A stretch of 64,000 nt of DNA from Balanoglossus misakiensis (lineage: Eukaryota; Animalia; Hemichordata), in NCBI GenBank assembly GCA_040954595.2, contig CM082577.2, positions 5,692,301 to 5,756,300 on the forward strand. Reading direction: 5' to 3'. Position 1 is the stretch's first letter. Every line of letters starts with the position of its first letter. The notes under the pieces are model-generated. The model made no database searches, was not told the origin of the DNA, and was given only the letters and a program-made list of their open reading frames with translations. Positions 13,525 through 25,012 of this stretch are shown here, piece after piece. Made by a program: the position numbers and the translations under genes.

Positions 13525-14345
13525 GTATGTATATGCGTGTATATTTCGCTTGCATTGATTTCTTTCCGAAAAGAAAACGGCAACTGTTTGAGGGCGATCG
13601 GATGTTCCAGCTGAGACGAATGTTGTGTTGTGATCATATGACTGTCACGTGTGTTTCGCAACCCTGGCAGCTTTTTGGTCGACGAGATTTTAGGTGTAAT
13701 TTTGGGTCATCGGGAGGGGGTGGGGTATTAAGTTCCCTTGTATGTTTTGTTCAGATTATTGTGGTCCCATCTATTCACGGTACACTTGCTACTGCTATTT
13801 GAGTTTACGCAGTTATGACCGAGAAAATGTTCATTTCCGTGCTGAGTCGAATTTTCTATTTTTTTTTCGTGATTTTTTGTCATTTTCTTCATATTTGTGA
13901 AAACAATCTTATTCTGAAACCACTTCCCAAATTTCTCCGACACTTAGTGTGGGGTATTGTATGCAGGGTAGCTGTGGAAACAGCTACATGCATTGGGAGA
14001 CCAGGGGTATGTTGGTTTCCTCCCCATTGGATGAACAGGTCGTTTTTGGTCAAATATTCTGTTTCTGAGGTAGCAAAAAGTAAGCTGAGGTCTTTTGCTG
14101 AGTACTTTACTTTTAATCAATCAAAGGACTTTTGAAATAATAATTCAAAAATTAATAATAAAAATAATTGAAGTATCTTCAACTAGTGAACAATAAACAC
14201 CAGGGTGGCTCATAAAACTTGTGTGTTTGTGTGTTTTTATCTTTGGCAATATACAGTGAATTTTTTCTCAAAGGTCTTCCAGGGTCAGGCTATTTTATGG
14301 TTTCTATTTCATCTCTTATTTAACAGGTGAAACACACTAACCAGC

Positions 14346-17300
14346 ATGACTGAACAGCCTCACAAAGAATCACTTCGACAGAAATTCAAGAATTTCTTCG
14401 GCCAGAAATCTCGGGGCATTACCATCCATGTGAAACCGACGCGTGAAGAATTCTTCATTACAGAAGAAATTTTGAGGGTATGATATGACTTTTTTGGGTT
14501 TCTTTATTTTTTGTTTATGAATGGAACTCTTTTGATTCATTTCTGCATTTACTCTGTTCTTCTTACATCAGGGCATCTGCTCCGAGTCTCCAACAGGTCA
14601 GAGGTTAAAAGTACTGCGAGAGTTGAGTGATGTCGTCACAGAAAAACAGCTTGAAAATGTAAGTATCTGTGGGAGGGGGACCCATCCAAGTACTAACCAT
14701 GCCTAACACAGCTTAACTTCGGTGATCAGACAAGAAACAGTGGATTCTACATGGTATGGCCTTGACAAAGATTGCTTGAATTTCTGAAACCATAAACCCA
14801 ACGGTAGCTTCACTAACAAACACACAGCAAGCGACATGATAATTTATGTGTGGCTGATCGACTGACACTATCTTATATGGGAGAGAGCTGTTTGTGTCGT
14901 TTATGTTCTACAAAAAGTGATCATGGAATTATCTTCCTCCTGTCTTTGGTAATGCATAGAATGCCGTGGAAGCTCTGTGGTTAGCGATACAAGATCTACT
15001 GAACCCTCAGATGTCAATGGAATGCCGACACACTGCATTGAAGTTCTTGAAGTGTCTTGTCACGGGACAGGTGAGTGAAGGGACTGACAGACAAATCCAT
15101 GCACAGACACTCAGACAGAGATAGACACATACATATACATACTTATGCTGTGTGCATCTATTGGTTCATTTTTACTAAAAGACAAATGCTGATGGGTATC
15201 ACCTTCAGCAATGCTAAACTTTGTATAGAGAAGGAATTGTCTGATAATGTGAAGCTGTGTGCCAGCAAATCTATTTAGTGGTGACACATGCAAATTAAAA
15301 CGGGAATGTTTTCCACCATGTTGCAGTTCGAACGACTAGAAATCAAGCGAGCCTTGTTCTTCCGATTAATCAAGGACCACACTGTGGAAGAGGACTTGGC
15401 AGCAAGGTGAGCGTTTACGTTTCAGGTCAAAGGGTACAGGTAAGCAACAATCTCATAGGTCAAAGGTCATGACATAATTTGATTCAGAGGTAAAATTCTG
15501 TTGTTTTTAAGATATCCCCTTGTTCAATAATGGGACGAGTTACATGTTTGATGGCAGATATTTTGATGGACTGAAAGATGTAAGTGGTTGCACAGTGATG
15601 TACTTTTTCAGTGGTTCTTCTCTCCAAGCATTGCATGTATTGGCACTCCTAGATCCTGTGCATGTTTGTAAATTTCCACGCGTCTTTTTCAGGTTCGACC
15701 TGCTGAAGGCCCTGAGTGACAACGGGAAAATCATCACCAATTTCGAGGAAGACTTGGGACCGTTCCTGTACGAGTGGATGCCAGAAGTTGTCCATGCCAA
15801 CAAGTAAGCCACTTTTCCTGTGACGTCACTATAGCTAGGCATTATTTGTCTGCTCTGTGTCGGAGACTTGCATCGCGTACGATAAATATCAATTATCATG
15901 TTGTGTAGGTTAAATAATGTAGATGAAAGCAATGTAATCAGCAATTTTCTTTTACACCTACTCAGTGATGTGCAGGTATCAGACTGTCCTTCACTGAGTG
16001 ATGTTGCCAATCATTACATTGATAGCATACCAGTGTCTCATCAGAGGAAACGAAAGACAAAAAATGCACTTGTATGTGTTCTGCTCACACATAAAGTCTT
16101 ACCTTCATCGCTACATTGACCTTTTCAGCAACACCTCTACATTTGATTTTTTTTACCCCAGGGAGTATGATTTCCTGTCTCTTCTGGTCAATGTCATCAA
16201 GTTCAATGCCTGTTATTTGGACGAAGAAATTGTCTCTGGCTTTGTTCAGTAAGTCTGTTTAGTTATATTTTTTGTTACGGGCATTACCCAGGCTGCTCCC
16301 AACCTTAGCGAAAATACTGGAATTGCTACCATGTTTATAATGGGTTACCGTATCAAAAGAGAATGTTGGATATATTTGGAGTTTCTTTTGTTTTTTCTTC
16401 CAGGAATACCTGTGTTATCTGCAGTCATCCGAAGACAGAGGCCAACATTGAGGTGTCTTTACAAGTTCTCGACACGGTGGTCTGCTATAGCTGCCTGCCG
16501 GTGGACTCACTGCATCATTTTATCGAGGCACTGTGCAGAACTGTCAATATTGAGAAATTCTGCCAGACAAGTTGGAAGGTGAGATCTGAGATGAGGTGTT
16601 ATTTGGGAATGTTTTTAAAGCCAATACTCTGATTATTTATATTGTTGTTTTTGAATTTATTTAAATAGGTTATTTATAGTGTTATGCTAATTGTAACATG
16701 CAAAATGATCAGTTGGTTTTTTTAGTCAATTACAATGGCGTGTTTTTCCTTTCTTTTCCAGCTGATGAGGAACTTGTTGGGGACACATCTGGGACACAGT
16801 GCAGTCTATGCCATGTGCTGCATCCTGGAAAACAGGTATGCTGTCTGATATCCGGAAAAATTTGCCAACCAGACAGGATGTCTTTTGTGATCTCTCCCTT
16901 GTATGTATTTATGTATATACGTATGTCCATCCACATAAAAAAAAAAAAATTTGTGTCTTGTGCATTGAACTTTGCAGGATCCACATCAATGATTCCGCTT
17001 TGCTGCGTGGTGCTGTTTTCTTTGTCGGCATGGCTCTGTGGGGGTCGAAGAGAGTGACTTCGCTGAAACACACGCCGACATCTGTGCTGCCCTCGTTTCT
17101 CAAGGTCAGAAGTGAATCCTGTCTTCGTTGTGTGACTGTTATACACAAAATCCAATATCGCTACAGCATTAGCTCTGATATAGTTTTTGAGTTTCTTTTC
17201 CTAGTATATATAGGGTTGTTGTTTTTTTGGGGGGGGGGAATAATTCAAGCCTGAAGGACTTTTAAAAATCCCATTAAACTCAACGTGATGAGTTTTTGCA

Positions 17301-20300
17301 CCCATCCACCACCATGGTTCAGTCCAAACCCAATGTTTTCTGTGGTAAGGTTGTATCTCTAAAGAGGAAACTATGGGTTGAATCATGGGTTAAATGTCAT
17401 GGTTAAGGCCTGGTGGGGAAAAAAATTATCTTTGAAAAAACTATCTTCATGTGTATTCACAGTCTCTTGATAGCAATCACATGATTGTCTCCTACGAAGT
17501 TGTCTTGTCGATATCGAGACTAATCAAGAAGTACGGACAAGATATCGAGATGGTGACCTGGGACATCTTGCTGGAAATCATCGAGAAATTACTGCAACAA
17601 GTCCATGTAAGTCAAGATTAGTGATTGGTGGGAGAGATACAGATACATTCTCCCCGTATAAACTCCTTTGAGAGTTGCAAATTGCAAAATTTAGGGTCTG
17701 ACAACGTTTCCAGGAGTATAGCAGTATTACAGAAAGCAGCCAGTAGGGTCTTTAAATGTGGAACAAGTAGGTGGGGTGGGGTGGGGGGGGGGGGGGGGGA
17801 GACACCCCCAACCACCCCCATTATCCAATTCCAAACCCCCCTCACCCTCTCCGAAAAAAACTGACCAGTCCCTCACCAGTGTCCATTCAGTATCTGCATC
17901 ATTGTTGACATAGACTGATTGATAAACTGAAGGGGACAGACTGATGGACGTGTGAACAATGAAGTTTTGTTCTTTCTTTTTCTTGTTGTTGTTTTTCCCA
18001 TTTAGGATCAGTATGCCACTAACGAAGCCCTGTCTGAAGAGGTCAACGACATTCTTAGTTGTGTGGAGAGTTTGCACGAGAGCAACCAGTTCCACGGATC
18101 AGCAGAGAGACTCTTTGAAATCGTGGAAAACTGGACGCATCAGAGACCAGTGAGTCGACCTACACTACAAATAATATGATATACTCATTCTCGCCCCACC
18201 AGACTACGGATTTCTTTCGTTTCACTATCGAAATCACGTACTCTGGTTAAAATGGAGTACCGCGCTGGTATTTGAACATATTGGTAATGCATATTCATGA
18301 GATGACATCATTATAATCTGGCCAATCAAAGCCCGTCTCTCAAGGAGAGCTGGGACAAGAGCACTTCTCAGAGCACTGCCACTGGAAGCCGCCATGTTGT
18401 TTAGAATGAGATGTAATGAGATGCGTGAATGGGATGTAACAAGCAATCTGATTGGTTGTTGGATGTACTGTGAAAGCGCCTAGACCAAATACTGAATACA
18501 TGGCTGTATTATACCACGGCCTTTTTGCGGGGAGCAGAGCGCTGCCGTAAAAGGGCCGTGGTTTGCGACGATGGATATACTCTATTATACTACAAAATAT
18601 ATATTTTGTATTTCTGAATTGTTTGGATGTGATCGTGCAGCATCCTGTTCAACCTCACTGAATGAAAACAGGAACTCTGATCGATATAAGCCATTAGAAG
18701 TTTAACAAACTTCTTCATTCATTCCAGGAGAGCTCAGTGTTGCGACTGATAGCTTACAAAGCACAGGTCATCCACCCCACGAAGGAAGGATGGATTCAAA
18801 ACTTGCAGCATCTCATGGACAAATACTTCAAACAAGACAAGAGGACATGCATCAGGGTCAAGGTGTTGACGGTGTTGTCGTTTGTACTCAGCTCAACGAG
18901 ACATATTTATGAGGTAAGAAAAACTACTGTAAAACGGGGAATTCTCCTGACAGGAATTTTGTCAACAGAGGCCACTATTTCACTCCTGATGGCCTTTGTA
19001 TCAAGATAATCACTGTGAACATCGTTTTTTAAGAAAATACGCATCCTTTCTCTCTGGGTTCTATGGTTTGTGTTTCAAAGTTGTTGTCCCTCAGCATGAT
19101 GGGAGCATATCTCTTGGATGCCAGTCTTTTTTACTAGACCCCAAATCTGTGTTAGCTCAGTTGAGTGCAATTCAATTCGGTGGCCAAATAAAATTGCTCA
19201 ATTTACAGATAAACTTCCTTGAGAACGTTCACCTGACAACTGGTGGGGAAAAAATTCCGACTCAGCATTATCGATTAATTCACAATCAAAACAAAATGTC
19301 CAAAAAACAAACACCGTGACCCATTTTTATTTTTTGCTGATTTTTATTATGCTAATACATAGGAGAATCCAAACATCCACAATGTAAAGTAATGACAATA
19401 ACTTCAATTTTACCAATCAAGCATCTTTAACTTTTAGTGATTCATGATAAAGACAAGGTGCAGCATTATTAAAAAAAAACACATTAGAGTACAGATGAAA
19501 CCTTGGTTATGGTACAGAAAGCCAGCACAGTAATTGTTGTGATTTCCCCCCAAGAAACCACACAGACCTTTTTTGAGATGATTTTAAGTTTCATACAGCA
19601 GATACCCTGCAAAGGTTGTATGCTTGGAACTGTCACTGTACAAAGCACTTAGACTAAAAAGTCTAACCCACACTTCATCACCTTGCTGCAATTCTTCAAT
19701 GACACTGTTAGAACCCATTGAATGATACGTCGCATCTGAGTGAATATGAATGCAGGGTAAAGCCACACTATTTTTCATCAGACAAACATTTAATTGTTCA
19801 GAGGGTTTCTGCATTGCTGTTATGGTGAAGAAATAGACACCGCTGACAGAGCATGTGAATTTACCAGTGGTTGTACTGTAACCATTGCCAACATTAGAAT
19901 GAACAACGTTATAAGTGACAACTGTACTTGAAGACACACGACCCAGTGATGTTGTTCTTGAAACTGAAAATGCCACTCTACTAGGCTGTAGTATTTGTCC
20001 AGCTTGACCTTTGTATCCCTTCTGACCTTTTTGCCCTTGATTTCCCTTCTGGCCACTTTGACCTTGACTTCCCTTGGGACCAATCTGACCTGGTGGTCCA
20101 ACTGGTCCATCACTGCCAGGAAGTCCTGAAAAATAAAAGATCACATAAAAACTGCCTGTGAGATGATAGTGGATGGTTGTCCTATTAAACCATGAGACGT
20201 TCAGTAATTCGAAATACCACCAACACAACTTCTCATATGCATATAGTTAGGGAATGTTAGGTAACCGTTTATTTGGTTTAATCTCTCATAGATTTCATGT

Positions 20301-22684
20301 ACGGTTTTCTTAGTTGTAATGCTGTGTATATTTCGAGGATCACTGCATCAGACCAGCAAAGTTGTCCTCTAACTAGTTACAGTAACTGTATGCTGAGTTG
20401 GGAATTTTGGAAATTGAAGATGCTTGGTTCAAGACATTTTGAGGCGATTTTCTACCATTTTCTCCTCATTTGGTTCCACTCAGGATATGAGATATACCGG
20501 TACACTCACCTGTGTCACCTTTGACCCCTGTGTCACCTTTGGCACCAATGTCACCTTTGACACCAATGTCACCTTTGACACCTATGTCACCTTTCTCTCC
20601 CTTTGGACCTGGTTTCCCCATGGTACCCTTTGGACCTAGCTGACCTATACCTATTTCACCCTTTGGACCCATCTGACCTTCCCCACCTTTTAAACCAGTT
20701 GGTCCAATGCTGCCAGGAGATCCTGAAAAGTTAGAAGTAAAAAAATTAAGGTAGTATGGACCTCGAAATTAAAATTTTAAAAACATTTTCTCATATTTTG
20801 CTCAAGACGACTTTAGACTTCACTATCTTTTTTAAAAAATTGAGTATAAAAATATGGGGTCACCATGCAAAACTTTAAATGAGAGAGCCAAATTCTCTCG
20901 AATGTAAAATTCAAAATGGTCGCCACTTTCTGTGTAACCTTCTTTCTTTCCTTCTTTTATTTCAAAAAGACTCCCATAAACCTTGTGTCCTTCCCTGCAT
21001 GTCCCACTTGTCACATATACCATATAAGTACTTTCTTACATAAATGCATTCACAACATTGGTTTCAATGAAACTAAATTTTTATGACCAACTACCAGTAG
21101 AAACTAAGAAATTACTGTTTTGCTGTGTATTATAAAATTGAGTCAACTGATTAAAATTGCTACGTGATGGAAGGACAACCAGGTTGTACCAGCGCTGCAG
21201 TCATTCTTCAGTTGCTCTGCATTTATTCAATGAAATACTATTTACATAAATTATTGAATCAACATTTGGAATGATGATGAAGAAATTGAGATGAACTGAC
21301 GAATTACCTGGGTTGCCAGGAATCCCGGGAATTCCATGAACAGAGTTGGTGGGACATTGCTGGCTTTGCGGCAGCGCTGTCTGCATGGTGGGGTTTTCAG
21401 CTTGCAGAGTTGCAAGACACGGTGTCATGATCAGTATACATTGCAGCAACTTTACCAGCGTCGAGTTCACCATTAACTTCATGGTTGTTCTTAATTTGAA
21501 AAAAAAAAATGATATAATGATTGAGATATGAAATCTTGTACATGCATAAATTTTAAGATTAAGAAAAAAAAATGTATTTTAGTCGAAAAGTGAATTGTTA
21601 TGAATAAATCATATGTTCAAATATCTGACACTATGTGGAATTTTCAATTTTGGGTTAACATGTTGCCTTTGATGAGAAATACACGTGTAATATACAGGTT
21701 ACTTGTATAGAGCTACATGTACATGTACCTTATCACATAATAATGAAAGAAAATACCTAGAGTCAAGTGTTACTTAATGTACACTGTATCACAAACAGCC
21801 GAGCAGAGTAGAACTAACTTACCAAACTTTTCTCAGTCAGTGAACAAAGTAGAACAGTCAGTGCACATTGAATCTGAAGTCTACGGTGTCCGTTTGTTGA
21901 ATTTTGATCACTTTTATACCGAAGAATTTCCACATCGAAACCCTTGGCCTCTTTGTGATTCCATTTCTGGAGATACTAAATCTGCCTTTTTATACGAGTT
22001 CGTGGAAAGCAAAATGTGAAACTTGCCATCCAAGTTACGCGGATATGGAAAACTGAGCTTGCCATTGAAAATATGAGAAAATGTTGATGTTTGCTGACAG
22101 AACTTTCATGTAAACAGCACCTGGATCCAGTGTTTTTGTTAAGGTTGAGGAACCTGGCCTAATTAAAATTTTAGGATGCACGATCAGAAAAAGTGAAAGT
22201 ATAGTCATTTCTTTTAATTGTAGATTTTCAGTTTCTCCTTGATAAAAATCTATAATAGTGGGAACTGGATCTCAAGTTTCTAAAGCAGTGAAGTTTTATT
22301 AGTTTCACAACATGTCAAAGAAGTTAATTACGAAGAAACATAAGTTCCAGTCATTCAACCAGACTATGCCTCATATTTTTTTATTTTCTTGTTTGCTGTT
22401 TTGCAGGATGATCTGATAGAGTTAGTGGTGCTACCCCAGTTGTCTCACATCATTGACGATACAGATGCCGAAGTCAGAAATGAAGCCGTTCAACTCTTGG
22501 TTGATGTGGCTCTGGACTGTCAAACACCAAGATTTATTGAGATACTCAGCATCATGGGAAAGGTAGTACGCAGGTTATTCTGTCTTGTATATTCATTTGT
22601 GTGTGGGCACGCACGTACTGTGTGTGTGTGTGCGTTTGTGCATGCAGGTGTGTGTGGTCGTGTGTGTGTGTGTGTGTGTGTGTG

Positions 22685-22723
<39 letters not shown>

Positions 22724-24981
22724 GTGTAGGGGTGGATGGTTGGGGAAGTGTGGTTGGGGATGGATGCTCCAGGGTTTATTTTTTAAATGATATGTAATTA
22801 CACACAGCTTGTGAAATAAATATGAGAAACTCATTTCCTTTTCAAAAGTCCTGAATAAACGGCTTGATTTCAAGTTTCACACAGTGCTCATGTAACCCAA
22901 GCTGTGCGTTGGCCTGAAATTGTCTTGTGTTCACAAGCAATGGACTTCTGAACATGGGGTTCAGACGTTCGTTCATTCATTCATTCATTCATTCATTCAG
23001 TCATTCATTCACTCACTCACTCACTCACTCATTCATTCCATGCGCCATCTTTGCAGACACAGGTATTTACCTATCACAGGTACTTGTCTGAACAACTCTT
23101 TCATAGGTGACTTCATTTTGTGTGTTTTGTTCAATTGAAGTTCAGGGGTAGTAAAGTGGTCAGTGGATGGAACAGTTTTGTACATATATACACAGTCTCA
23201 CTGCTCTCCTCCTACTCGCCCGTAGATTTTGGAGAGACCATTGGACAGTGGTTTGACCCCGCCTCCCTCTCCAGAAACTGGTGACATCAAGACTCAGAAA
23301 CAACCCAAACAGAGCATCGAGGAGAACCAGCTGAGGGATGTCAAGACGGCGGTGCTTGGCTTACTGGAAATATTTAAGGTGAAATTAACAATGAATGATC
23401 AGTAAAATTGAAAGTATTGTCATTTCTTTTAATCGTGAATTTTTGGATTCTTCTCACCTGAAAATGAAAATGCACGTACATAAATAATAACTGGAATATG
23501 CCATCAATATGGAAGTACATAAGATTGTTAGTACAAAGTGAATCTCCCTTTTTTATCTATTGTGTACAGATTTGTTTTTATTTATGCATTACCATTATAA
23601 AATATGTCAAAATATTTTGTGATAATTTTTTTTATTTTTCGTGCTGCAGAACAAGATCTATTTCCTGCCATCGGTGCATGCAGTGAAAACCTTTGAGTTG
23701 TTGGTTCGTCACATCCGCTCACATTACTCCAGTCATTACACATCTGAACTGGCATGCAGTATACGATTGGAGGTACAGTTTTTGATATTTGATTGTACAG
23801 TGTGTGAAGCTCCATATCTTCTGAAACCAGCACCAGCGGTGTGCTAATGCCAGCCAGTGTGGGCTTGTCAAGTGTTAATACGTCGTGTTGTTCTGTTTGT
23901 TGGAATAATCACAGCATCTGGTTGTTGCAACTCGACTCACACCGCCTGTATGTGGGCATATTAATGTGAATACTACTGGTACAATGTACTATGAAACAAT
24001 ATTTGGTACAGACCCAAAAGTTAAATGATCAAAGTATTTACATGTTACATAAGGTGTGAGTTGGTTGTGACAACCAGTCTTGGAGCATGTTCCAGTGGGC
24101 CGAACTAAAATAATCTAAATAATAACAAAAGTGGGCAACTTGTCCATTTCAGAAGATATTACAGTAGTTATAATCCTGAGTCCATGTTTCCTGTGAATTT
24201 TTGCCGCAGTGTATTCCACTTTTTGCAGCCATCAGCAAAGAAGGAAAGAAACAATACTACTTTTCAGACAGAATCGTAGAATGTCACATACTCTCTCTCT
24301 TTTGCAGGTGTTCAAGTGTTTGTTGAAAATTCGAGCAGATCCTCTCCATAGAGTTGGTTATCCGGACAAAGATGGCGTAATGAAGTACAGTCCGTATCTT
24401 CTCGTCAAAGAAGTCAAAGAAAAGTGAGTGATTTCAACTGCTTCAACCCTCCGTTTCCAGTGGTACGGTCCACCAGCTGAACCATCAACATTGGAAGGTG
24501 GCACTCTCAACACATTTCAAGGGAATGTCAGGGTTCAGTGGTTGGCTGAAATGTTGGATTTTAGGGATGTGCTGTTTTACTTGGTCAGTCAGAGGCTGTT
24601 TATGATTATTCCATTCAGAAAACTGCGTGGAAACTATTCAGAGAGAATTTTGACAGCAGTTCACAGAATCTCAGTTCTGTTAGGACATCCAAGAAACTTC
24701 TTGTTATTAAAAAAAAAAAAAAATTTGCTTTGCAGATCAGATATTTTAAGCGGCAAATCACCACCACCATCAGCGTCAGCCACGTCCCGATCACCCACGC
24801 CTACCACTGGGGCTGTTCAGTGCAAGACTTCGGTCATACCATTCATGGATGGATTTGTGACTGTGACACTCTGTCTCAAACGAGTAAGTGTCAGGGGGCG
24901 CTTCTCACATACAGTGCTGTTCAAAAGAAAGGTGTGGCCGTTTCTTTTAGTTTTCTCCTATGTGTTTGTAGACGCACACAA

Positions 24982-25012
<31 letters not shown>

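Noticed and set aside
21165-21200. Possible extra micro-exon of the C1q gene
   Set aside because: It lacks a polypyrimidine tract and encodes no collagen sequence; exons 1 and 2 already join in frame.
22389-22873. Cys-rich CVCVC and His-rich HTHT ORFs
   Set aside because: These come from the (GT)n microsatellite following TSC2 exon 13.
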